Shown in pieces: positions 26,209-34,352 of a DNA stretch of 64,000 nucleotides. Position numbers and translations under genes: made by a program. The notes below the pieces were generated by a model, which made no database searches, was not told the origin of the DNA, and worked only from the letters and a program-made list of their open reading frames with translations. How positions within the stretch are numbered: the first letter of the stretch is position 1; the number at the start of each line of letters is the position of its first letter. The stretch lies in the sequence record PV764938.1. One strand, 5' to 3'.

Positions 26209-26283
26209 GCGGGTATAGTATAGTGGTTATTACTACAGCCTTCCAAGCTGAAGACGCGGGTTCGATTCCCGCTACCCGCTCCA
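26209..26283 (+). tRNA. tRNA-Gly(UCC)
   Basis: GCGGGTA/TACCCGC acceptor, U73, CCA; loop CT-TCC-AA. Confidence 0.96.
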
Positions 26284-26390
26284 AGTGCTACAAGCAGATG
26301 CGAGATTGACCACGCCACGTGAGTAGCGACCCCCAGGGCTAAATGAATGGTCAACTGACGCCACTGGGCAAGTCTTTCTATAAATAATCA

Positions 26391-26431
26391 GTGCGGTTAA
26401 TGGTTTCACCCGTTGACCGCACTTTCCTTTT
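26391..26431 (+). terminator. hairpin with U-rich tail upstream of ODC
   Basis: GTGCGGTTAA/TTGACCGCAC stem followed by TTTCCTTTTT. Confidence 0.6.
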
Positions 26432-26461
26432 TCGTTTCTGTTTGTGGAGTTTGTATGACAA

Positions 26462-27598
26462 ATGGTTACCCAAAATATTTTGAACTTTCTCGCTGATTAC
26501 CGAGAGGACGGACCAGTCCTAGTTGTTGATCTTAATACTGTTCGTGAGAACTTTGAATCATTTAGGGTATCCCTCCCGGATAGTAAAGTCTACTATGCCG
26601 TCAAGGCCAACCCTGACCCAAAAATCCTCCAGATGCTCGCGGACAACGGTTCTTCCTTTGACTGCGCCAGTGTACCAGAAATCATGATGGCGCTTAATGC
26701 GGGTGCTTCTGCGGATCGGATTTCCTACGGCAACACCATTAAAAAGGAACGTGATATCGCCAAGGCATTTTCCCTGGGCATCCGTTTGTTTGCTGTGGAC
26801 TCAACAGAGGAAGTCACAAAGGTAGCTAAAGCTGCCCCTGGCTCTAAGGTGTTTTGTCGCATTCTAACAAGCGGAGCAGGTGCTGATTGGCCACTATCCC
26901 GTAAATTCGGATGCACCACAGCAATGGCCGTCGACGTTCTTGTTGACGCCAATAAGCAGGGTTTGATCGCCTACGGTGTATCATTCCATGTGGGTTCTCA
27001 GATGACAAATCCCGATGGTTGGAACGAAGCAATTGGCGAGGCCAAGGACATTTTCGATGAGACCGCGAAGCACGGTATCGAGTTGAAACTCGTAAATCTT
27101 GGCGGTGGTTTCCCTACACGTTACCTCAAGGATGTTCCAAGCAGCGCCGACTATGGCCACGCAATTCGTGCATCGCTTGCGCATCACTTTGGGAATAACA
27201 TTCCGGAAACCATCATTGAGCCAGGTCGTGGTATGGTCGGCAACGCTGGTGTTCTACGTTCGGAAGTCGTGTTGATCTCTCGCAAGTCCGATGCTGATGC
27301 GCACCGTTGGGTGTTCTTGGATATCGGCAAGTTCGGTGGTCTAGCTGAGACGATGGAAGAAGCAATTCGTTATCCGATCTTCTCGATTCGTGACGAAGCC
27401 GCAAAGGGTCCATGTGTTCTTGCGGGTCCAACTTGCGATTCCGCAGACGTGCTTTATGAGAAGCAGATGTACGCGCTGCCAGAGACTCTGGAGATCGGCG
27501 ATTACCTCTACTTTGATTCCGCTGGCGTTTATACGACAACCTACAGTGCGGTTGCATTCAACGGCTTTGAGCCTTTGCGCAGCTTTGTAATTGACTAG
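26462..27598 (+). CDS. PLP-dependent ornithine/lysine decarboxylase (type III fold, eukaryote-like ODC family)
   Basis: YYAVKANP (PLP Lys), FDCAS, SFHVGSQ, NLGGGF, EPGR, GPTCDSAD, GVYT. Confidence 0.93.
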   Translation: MVTQNILNFLADYREDGPVLVVDLNTVRENFESFRVSLPDSKVYYAVKANPDPKILQMLADNGSSFDCASVPEIMMALNAGASADRISYGNTIKKERDIAKAFSLGIRLFAVDSTEEVTKVAKAAPGSKVFCRILTSGAGADWPLSRKFGCTTAMAVDVLVDANKQGLIAYGVSFHVGSQMTNPDGWNEAIGEAKDIFDETAKHGIELKLVNLGGGFPTRYLKDVPSSADYGHAIRASLAHHFGNNIPETIIEPGRGMVGNAGVLRSEVVLISRKSDADAHRWVFLDIGKFGGLAETMEEAIRYPIFSIRDEAAKGPCVLAGPTCDSADVLYEKQMYALPETLEIGDYLYFDSAGVYTTTYSAVAFNGFEPLRSFVID

Positions 27599-27644
27599 GT
27601 GATTCTATCCAATTATAGTCGGAACAAAATTATTGGAGTCCGAC

Positions 27645-28109
27645 ATGAAAATTGGATTTAGCTTCGGTCGTTGCATCGATGATATCCTGAATAAACGAGT
27701 CGAGTACAGCGACGTTCTTTTGATCGTCGCTCGTACCCTCATGCGCACCAACGACGACATTCGAGACGTTGTGATCGCCTACATCAACGAAGGCTATATC
27801 CGCGGCGATCTTCAAGAAGCCGTCGATATTGGCCAGCGTCTGTTCAAAGATGGCAAGCTCCATCAACCTCGCGCTTTCGGTGCTCGTGTTCCGCAAGTCG
27901 GAAATGGTGAGATCTGGATGGACTTGGCGCCAACCATCGATTCTCCGAGCGAAACAATTCAGAAGGCCTGGAAGCAATATCAGATGCTGTTGCGTCTGAC
28001 GGAAGAAGCCAAGCCCGAAGAGCCATACCACATCCAAGTGGTAAAGAATCTCCACAAGGAGAAGAAGATCGATGAAACCCCAAGACCCCCGATTGATGAC
28101 AATTTCTGA
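27645..28109 (+). CDS. hypothetical protein
   Basis: GGAG RBS; promoter at 27591. Confidence 0.7.
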   Translation: MKIGFSFGRCIDDILNKRVEYSDVLLIVARTLMRTNDDIRDVVIAYINEGYIRGDLQEAVDIGQRLFKDGKLHQPRAFGARVPQVGNGEIWMDLAPTIDSPSETIQKAWKQYQMLLRLTEEAKPEEPYHIQVVKNLHKEKKIDETPRPPIDDNF

Positions 28110-28488
28110 GCTGAAGGAAGCACGGCTTTCTTTAGACAGAGGTGTCACCGAATCGTTAACCGGTTATGCACTTCTCGGACTACCTCCGGGAAGCTTTGGT
28201 CTTGCCTGTCTTTTGGGCGATTATGACCTTGCGGTGAATCGTGCTCATTTCAAACTACGGGAAACCGTAGGTACTGATGACGATATTATCGCAAACATGA
28301 TCGCAATTGCTTCGAGCTTACCTCGGAGCATTACTGGCGACATCGAAGTCATCAACAATTGGTGCAACCAGGGCGGTCTATATGAGGCAACTCCTGCTCA
28401 ACAGGTGTTGCTGAAACTGGAATGGGCTAAAGAAATCTGGGGCCCATTCCCCACAAATCGAGAAGAAATATGGAGTCGCATAAGGTAA
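28072..28488 (+). CDS. hypothetical protein
   Basis: 138 aa; start may be 28096. Confidence 0.6.
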   Translation: MKPQDPRLMTISELKEARLSLDRGVTESLTGYALLGLPPGSFGLACLLGDYDLAVNRAHFKLRETVGTDDDIIANMIAIASSLPRSITGDIEVINNWCNQGGLYEATPAQQVLLKLEWAKEIWGPFPTNREEIWSRIR

Positions 28489-28853
28489 CTGGCGCCGCGT
28501 TTTTCGTGAACATGTTCGTAACGATCTACAACGTGTTCATCGTTATTGGTGCCCTTGCTGCAAATGATTATCTGATCATCCCGCAGTTCTCTTCGCTGCC
28601 ATCGGTTATTTGGTGGCTGGCATTCGCTAACTCTGCAATCACCGCATTGGTTGTTGCTGTTGTTGGCTATCACTTCCAGCAGAAGAATTTCGAAGACGTA
28701 AAGAAGATGATTCCAGTGAGCCCATTCGTGGTCACGGCTGTCATCATCAACGTTCTACTGTTGATCGCCAACGGCTTCTTCCCCTTTGCAATCTTCATCT
28801 GCTTGGCCTACCTGGTCCTGTTCTATGTGAGATTCAATAAGATTCCCGAATAA
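28470..28853 (+). CDS. multi-pass membrane protein
   Basis: About four hydrophobic segments in 127 aa. Confidence 0.7.
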   Translation: MESHKVTGAAFFVNMFVTIYNVFIVIGALAANDYLIIPQFSSLPSVIWWLAFANSAITALVVAVVGYHFQQKNFEDVKKMIPVSPFVVTAVIINVLLLIANGFFPFAIFICLAYLVLFYVRFNKIPE

Positions 28854-28863
28854 GGGGATCCGA

Positions 28864-29493
28864 ATGAAAATTACGAAGACGGCAGCAGAAACGAAGCTTC
28901 GCCACATTCACAAGAGTGCGACACGACGCGGTTACACTTGCACGTTGAGCGTGGCGAATGTTCGGTTGTTGATGGCAGAAACCCACTGCATTTACACGGG
29001 CAAACCATTCGACAACGAAGCCAACAACATGAGCTTTGACCGCGTTGACAATACCAAGGGTTATGAACCCGGTAACGTCATTCCGGTCACAGCGCACGCC
29101 AATCACTTGAAATCCAATTACGGAGTAGTCGAGCTTCGTAAGCTGGGCGAGGACAATCACAAACGGCACCTCGGTTACATCAACAGTGTGACCACGCAAA
29201 TAGCCAAAAAAGATCAAAAGATTCAAGCACGCCGTAAGCATATCGAGGAACTTGAGAAGCTCCTCGAAAAGGATATTGCGGAACTTGAACTATTGTCGAC
29301 GGAAAAGGCAAAGGCAGAAAGTCTTGTAGCGACTGATATTCGTGACGGAGAAATCTACACGAACATGGCTAAGGTCTTGGAAACACATAGGGATCTGGGT
29401 GCCAAATACTTAACGTTCTGGCAGAAAGTTAAGAAACTGATACATCGCATTACTGGTAGTAACACTTTATTAACTAAGGGCGTCGCAAATTAG
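28864..29493 (+). CDS. T4 Srd-like protein (HNH-like domain plus coiled coil)
   Basis: CIYTGKPFD...SFDRVDNTKGYEPGNVIPV...N resembles the recalled T4 Srd core; C-terminal coiled coil. Confidence 0.6.
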   Translation: MKITKTAAETKLRHIHKSATRRGYTCTLSVANVRLLMAETHCIYTGKPFDNEANNMSFDRVDNTKGYEPGNVIPVTAHANHLKSNYGVVELRKLGEDNHKRHLGYINSVTTQIAKKDQKIQARRKHIEELEKLLEKDIAELELLSTEKAKAESLVATDIRDGEIYTNMAKVLETHRDLGAKYLTFWQKVKKLIHRITGSNTLLTKGVAN

Positions 29494-29567
29494 CACAGAT
29501 TACGATGCCACGTAAAATATTGTTAGCTTTCCGCAATGTGATTTGTTATATGTGAGAAGTGAGCAGA

Positions 29568-29660
29568 GCAGTCACGTATGTGCCCAAATCCATGCGTGCG
29601 AGGGGAGACTGAAATCTCACGCCAGGTTTGACTGCCCTTTCCTGGCACACTGAGAGGGAA
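29568..29660 (+). ncRNA. candidate pseudoknotted ncRNA
   Basis: GCAGTCA/TGACTGC closes a multiloop; GCCAGG/CCTGGC crossing pair; own terminator at 29683. Confidence 0.45.
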
Positions 29661-29682
29661 ATAATCTACTGTGCGGCGATCC

Positions 29683-29710
29683 AAAAGCGGCCCCTAAAAA
29701 GGTCGCTTTT
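29683..29710 (+). terminator. intrinsic terminator
   Basis: AAAAGCGGCC-CCTAAAAA-GGTCGCTTTT. Confidence 0.75.
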
Positions 29711-29777
29711 GTCATGACTATCGGTTGACTTCCTGATTTCCTATGTTAGAAACGGAATAGTTAAACGGAGTCAACAT

Positions 29778-29954
29778 ATGTCCTGGGTCGGATTAATTCT
29801 AACTGTTTTGTTCTTCTGGTTCTTCGGAAGAGCCATCCTCGGGCTCATTGTTGGCTCCATTATCGGACTGGGCTTTCTCACGGTGAAAGTCTACAAGACG
29901 TCAAAGGTCGGCCTTCGCGGGCTCTTTTCAAACATCGACACGGAGAAGAAATAA
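29778..29954 (+). CDS. 58 aa membrane protein (not in ORF track)
   Basis: GGAG RBS; promoter at 29725; MSWVGLILTVLFFWFFGRAILGLIVGSIIGLGFLTVKVY... Confidence 0.7.
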   Translation: MSWVGLILTVLFFWFFGRAILGLIVGSIIGLGFLTVKVYKTSKVGLRGLFSNIDTEKK

Positions 29955-30124
29955 TGGCTCGCACCAAAGTCAAAAGCGTTCGTCAGATCCAGAACGAAAT
30001 CTTCGATCGCCTCAAGTTCTCCAAGGAACAGCGCGATGAAGCCCGCACGAAGGTCGATTACGAAGACACCAAGGTCTTCGTGGCCAATCCCAAGGTCGAA
30101 CTCACCGACGTGACCTTCCACTGA
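29954..30124 (+). CDS. 56 aa protein (not in ORF track)
   Basis: TAATG coupling, GGAG RBS; MARTKVKSVRQIQNEIFDRLKF... Confidence 0.7.
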   Translation: MARTKVKSVRQIQNEIFDRLKFSKEQRDEARTKVDYEDTKVFVANPKVELTDVTFH

Positions 30125-30199
30125 ATTCCTGATTTTTGCAATTGACATGCCTTGCCTGCTCCAATAGTTTGGACAGGCAACAAACAAACGAGGAAATAA

Positions 30200-30814
30200 A
30201 TGAATCCTACCGCTCTCGTGCCGATGGTCGTCGAACAGACACACCGTGGCGAACGTTCCTACGACATCTACTCGCGTCTTCTCAAGGAACGCATTGTCTT
30301 CCTGACCGCGCAGGTCGAAGACCACATGGCAACGCTCATTTGCGCTCAGCTGCTCTTCCTCGAAGCTGAAGATCCGAAGAAGCCAATCGCCATGTACATC
30401 AATTCACCGGGCGGCGTCGTAACCGCTGGTATGTCGATCTACGACACGATGCAGTTCATTTCGGCTCCGGTTCACACCATCGTTATGGGCCAGGCTTGCT
30501 CGATGGGTTCGTTCCTCGCAAATGCCGGCGCTCCTGGTCACCGTTACATGCTGTCCAACGCACGTCACATGATCCACCAGCCCTCTGGCGGCGCCCGCGG
30601 CCAGGCCACCGACATCAAGATTCAGTACGAAGAAATTCAGAAGATGAAGGTGTCGCTGACCCAGACCTACGTCAAGCACAACTCGAAGGGTAAGACCTTC
30701 GAAGAAATGCTCGCCGACATGGAACGCGACTACTTCATGAGCGCAGAAGAAGCTCTCGCTTATGGTCTTTGCGACCGCGTGATCAGCTCGCGTTCGGAAG
30801 TCGAATCCGAATAA
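30200..30814 (+). CDS. clpP: ATP-dependent Clp protease proteolytic subunit
   Basis: [39 protein letters not shown] (Ser), MIHQP (His), ERD (Asp). Confidence 0.96.
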   Translation: MNPTALVPMVVEQTHRGERSYDIYSRLLKERIVFLTAQVEDHMATLICAQLLFLEAEDPKKPIAMYINSPGGVVTAGMSIYDTMQFISAPVHTIVMGQACSMGSFLANAGAPGHRYMLSNARHMIHQPSGGARGQATDIKIQYEEIQKMKVSLTQTYVKHNSKGKTFEEMLADMERDYFMSAEEALAYGLCDRVISSRSEVESE

Positions 30815-30819
30815 CAAAC

Positions 30820-30851
30820 GGATAGGGGATGGTTCAGTCCATCCCCTATTT
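30820..30851 (+). terminator. intrinsic terminator
   Basis: GATAGGGGATGG-TTCAGT-CCATCCCCTATTT. Confidence 0.8.
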
Positions 30852-30894
30852 CCATGAGCTCGCTAAATAACCAACAACTAGCGAGCTCGAGGTT

Positions 30895-31842
30895 ATGAGA
30901 CGGAACACCTTTCACTATTACCGTGGTATCATCCACCCCTATAAGTCCAATACTGGAAACAACAGTGTCAAGCTTATCACTGCGGGTGGTTATTACAGTA
31001 GTGCGACCCAAATATCGGTAGACGGTATCAATTGGCAACCAACAACCACTGGAGCCAATGGCGCATATAATGCTGTGTATTGCGGCAAATACAAAACTTT
31101 CGTTGTTTGTGGTCCTGGATTCATTCGTGTCTATAATGCGGAGAATCTAGCAGCGGCACCAACCGTGGTAACACTTCCATCCGGTTATGCAAATGGTGCG
31201 TCCATTGCATACCATCCTCCCACGGGCAATGTGGCAATCGCTAATTTTGGTGGTGGCAACTCACACTATTCGACAAATGGTGGCTATACCTGGACCTCAA
31301 CCACTGCAATTGGTTCGTCAGATATGATGACCTACAACTACGACAATGGTGACCTAGTTCAAGTTACCCGAGACGGTAGCATGGGTCGTAGTTCAAACGG
31401 CGGGGTAAGTTGGGTCACTATGACTGGACCCGCTGCATCCACCCGCTTGGGAGTTGCTTATGCGTTTGGGAAATATTGGGTCACAAGTCTTGGCTCATCC
31501 AGCATTTATTGGACCAACAATAACGGAGCATCGTGGACACCAGTAGATGTAGGCAATGCAACCTCGCGTATTCACTTTGCTAAAGAAGCGAACATCCTGT
31601 TTGCTGCTTATGGTGCCGGTGTAACTTACACGAACAATGGTACTACTTGGCAAAATTCATCGTTGCCTCCGGGTTCTGCAGGTTCTAGAAGCCTTGGATA
31701 TTCCCCAACGGTCGGTCGCTTCTACGTGGGCACAACAGGCGAAGCCTATATGAGCAGTGACATGTTAACGTGGTCCGCGATGGCTGGCACCGCAAGTTTC
31801 GACCACTATGCGTTCGCGGTAGCTGATCCCCTTTTTGTTTGA
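30895..31842 (+). CDS. Asp-box/BNR beta-propeller protein, paralog of 21299-22261
   Basis: SVDGINW, STNGGYTW, SSNGGVSW, TNNGTTW repeats; TAAATA at 30864. Confidence 0.7.
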   Translation: MRRNTFHYYRGIIHPYKSNTGNNSVKLITAGGYYSSATQISVDGINWQPTTTGANGAYNAVYCGKYKTFVVCGPGFIRVYNAENLAAAPTVVTLPSGYANGASIAYHPPTGNVAIANFGGGNSHYSTNGGYTWTSTTAIGSSDMMTYNYDNGDLVQVTRDGSMGRSSNGGVSWVTMTGPAASTRLGVAYAFGKYWVTSLGSSSIYWTNNNGASWTPVDVGNATSRIHFAKEANILFAAYGAGVTYTNNGTTWQNSSLPPGSAGSRSLGYSPTVGRFYVGTTGEAYMSSDMLTWSAMAGTASFDHYAFAVADPLFV

Positions 31843-31883
31843 CGTATTCCGATTCTGTGTTAGAGTGCGACAAAGGAGATCCT

Positions 31884-32642
31884 ATGAGAATCAAGATTGT
31901 CGCATCGCCCGCACCACTGGCACGTGAAGCCCATGCTGAGGTTTGTGGCCGGTACAAATGTGTGGAAGACATCAAGGACGCTGACGTTCTCGTAGTGCTC
32001 GGCGGTGATGGTACAATGCTCCATGCAATCCACACCTATATGGAATACGGGCTGCCCATCTACGGGATGAACCGAGGCCACGTTGGCTTTCTCCTCAACG
32101 AATACGACCCCAATCATCTGGATGAGAAGCTTGAAGCTGCCGTCGATACGATCGTGCATCCGCTTCGCACTCGGATCCAAACGACTGGCGGCATTTGGGA
32201 TCCATTGGCGATCAACGATGTCTCGATCACTCGCCAGTCGGGCCAAGCTGCCAAGCTCAAGATCAGTGTTGCTGGACAGGTTCGCATTGAGGAACTCATC
32301 GGCGATGGTCTAATTGTTTCGACACCAGTCGGTTCCACCGCTTACAACCGATCGGCTGGCGGGCCAATCCTTCCGCTTGAAGCACCACTGCTCGCGGTTA
32401 CTCCGATTTGTGCGTTCCGTCCTCGGCATTGGAAGGGAGCAATCATCCCGGACAATCTGCAAGTGGACGTCGAAGTGCTTGAGCGAGAAAGTCGCGGCGT
32501 GATGGTTGCGGCGGACTCCTTTGAAGTCAAAGATGTTATAAGTGTATCGGTGGCTCCGGACCATTCCAAGAAGGTTCATATTTTGAGTGATCCGGGTCGC
32601 TCGTGGTCCGATAAACTTTTGAGCGAGCAATTCTATGGCTAA
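31884..32642 (+). CDS. nadK: NAD kinase
   Basis: VLGGDGTML, GHVGFL, AINDV, GDGLIVSTPVGSTAYNRSAGGPI. Confidence 0.95.
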   Translation: MRIKIVASPAPLAREAHAEVCGRYKCVEDIKDADVLVVLGGDGTMLHAIHTYMEYGLPIYGMNRGHVGFLLNEYDPNHLDEKLEAAVDTIVHPLRTRIQTTGGIWDPLAINDVSITRQSGQAAKLKISVAGQVRIEELIGDGLIVSTPVGSTAYNRSAGGPILPLEAPLLAVTPICAFRPRHWKGAIIPDNLQVDVEVLERESRGVMVAADSFEVKDVISVSVAPDHSKKVHILSDPGRSWSDKLLSEQFYG

Positions 32643-33003
32643 GCGCAAGAAGAAGCCCAGAGACATGACACCGCACCAGTTCCCCGCGGACGAAATGTGG
32701 TATATTAGCAAGAGCGTGTGGAAGCTCAAGGAATACCGAGAATCTCGTTGGGACACCACAACGAAGATCAAGGCTCGGCTGTTCTATCAGGACGACGACA
32801 TTCCGGAAACCGTGTGGTGCCTACCGGTACCCGGCGATCTCGATACGCTGTTCTCTTGGACTGAGCAACTCGTCGGGCAAACTCACAATGCGCGTGTCGG
32901 CGCAATCGATACGCACGATGAGGATATCGAGGACACCTATCACAGCTTCATATTCGAGGACAAGAACGACATGCTCTTGTTCAAACTCTCGGTAAAGCTG
33001 TAA
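32635..33003 (+). CDS. FKL-motif family protein
   Basis: LFSWTEQLVG...FIFEDKNDMLLFKLSVKL. Confidence 0.75.
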   Translation: MAKRKKKPRDMTPHQFPADEMWYISKSVWKLKEYRESRWDTTTKIKARLFYQDDDIPETVWCLPVPGDLDTLFSWTEQLVGQTHNARVGAIDTHDEDIEDTYHSFIFEDKNDMLLFKLSVKL

Positions 33004-33059
33004 TAACCCAATAAAAACAAACAGGTATAACTTTTTTTGAAAAAAGTTGAAAAAAGTTA

Positions 33060-33088
33060 TTGCAAAGTCCTGGTGCTTATCGTATAAC
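33060..33088 (+). promoter_or_regulatory. sigma70-type promoter of large ncRNA
   Basis: TTGCAA-N17-TATAAC. Confidence 0.7.
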
Positions 33089-33094
33089 AAGAAC

Positions 33095-34010
33095 ATGACG
33101 CAAACGGAAACGTTTGCAGCACAATTCGGAATGAAACACTTCCAAACAGTTTGGCCGCTTAGGGCCGTTAAAGGGGCAGCATCCGCGAGGGTGTTAAAGC
33201 AAGGTTTCCCAGAAACTTGCGCCATAGCAATATGGTTCCACTAAGCAAGCACGGGCCTTCCGCGCAGGAGGTATCGTCCAAAAGGCGGTGCTAAGCGGGA
33301 AGACAAGGAGTAAGTTTGCGTCCGAAAGACGCGCTCATCGAGGCCTTACGGTGTAGATGAGTAACCCGCAAGGTATACTGCTCATGCAAAACTTGTCGAC
33401 CGCCGATGGCTAACGTGTAGTTGATTAGTTCGATGCTTAGCGGCAAAGAGCGGTCAGCAATTTGATACGGAAACGGATTGCAACGTCCGAGTTCGTAGAA
33501 AATGATTGAGTACCTCGCAAGGGGAAAGATACGCGGCGTGTAGTATTTTGTTTGGCGAAAGTCAGATGAAGCTACAGAGACAGCACGTCGTAATGGGTTT
33601 GCGATAGCATAGTGGTTATGCAACGGCCTTCTAAGCCGTCGAACGTAGGTTCAAATCCTGCTCGACATAAAAACGCAAAGACTGTCTCGGTAGTGTGTGA
33701 AAGGTGCTTAATGCTCAGGGCGAAAGCTAACTGAGTCACTCAAAGGCCGCAAGCTGGAGAGTGTTTATAGAAGAAAGTTCATAATCGGGTAGCTCCGATG
33801 AGCGGCATGCGAGTGTCGGTGGGCCGGAAACTGTAGAATAGCATACTATGACGTGTCTAATGCCTGACACTAAAAACGGCAGCATTGGTTGATACGTGTT
33901 TAGGTGAAAGCCAAGCGCGTGGATGTTAGAGGGAACCCTCCGGGTAGCACTGGAACGGGATAATCCTCAAAGGCAACTACTGGAAGCTATAATCTCAGGC
34001 TTCCCGAAAA
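33095..34010 (+). ncRNA. large ornate ncRNA, GOLLD-like
   Basis: ~915 nt without a credible ORF between a promoter and a terminator; many GNRA-capped hairpins; embedded tRNA domain. Confidence 0.65.
33598..33669 (+). tRNA. tRNA-Arg(UCU)-like domain embedded in the large ncRNA
   Basis: D arm GCAT-AGTGGTT-ATGC; anticodon arm ACGGC-CTTCTAA-GCCGT; T arm GTAGG-TTCAAAT-CCTGC; acceptor only 3 bp, no CCA. Confidence 0.75.
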
Positions 34011-34011
34011 C

Positions 34012-34031
34012 AGCCCCGCAAGGGGCTTTTT
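34012..34031 (+). terminator. intrinsic terminator
   Basis: AGCCCC-GCAA-GGGGCTTTTT. Confidence 0.9.
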
Positions 34032-34049
34032 CCATATCAGGAATATCAA

Positions 34050-34310
34050 ATGTCTCAAGAAGTTAACCGATATTTCGTCAAAAGCGATCACTTTGCATTT
34101 ACGTGGTATGCCCGAGTTGACACCGACGATGGTCACGCCAATATCACTCCCAACCTTTACAGTGAATTCTACGCGGACATTCGCCGCTTCTGTAGCGAGC
34201 AATGGCCCGATGGTGAAGGCTGGGACTGGACTCTCGATCTCCGCGATGGCTCCATTTATATACCTGACCCCAAGCATTTCATGCTGCTGAAGCTGGCACT
34301 ATCTGCTTGA
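34050..34310 (+). CDS. FKL-motif family small protein
   Basis: IRRFCSEQW...IYIPDPKHFMLLKLALSA. Confidence 0.7.
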   Translation: MSQEVNRYFVKSDHFAFTWYARVDTDDGHANITPNLYSEFYADIRRFCSEQWPDGEGWDWTLDLRDGSIYIPDPKHFMLLKLALSA

Positions 34311-34352
34311 CTCTTTTGGTGTCCATGTTAAGTTCCAGTAAAGGAGATCACT

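Noticed and set aside
26284-26355. Theta/HDV-like ribozyme call
   Set aside because: L3 is too short, P1.1 is missing and J4/2 is too long for the canonical fold; kept only as an unclassified candidate.
29568-29660. SAH or glycine riboswitch
   Set aside because: Only short sequence echoes (GAGGGG, CCAGG, CTGAGAGG); the required pairings are absent and the downstream gene has its own promoter.
33047-33623. ORFs 33047-33244 (+) and 33291-33623 (-); also rRNA fragment, RNase P RNA or group I intron
   Set aside because: The ORFs lack an RBS and phage-like codon bias and overlap dense hairpins; I did not find GAGGAAAGUCC, group I P7 elements or rRNA signature sequences.
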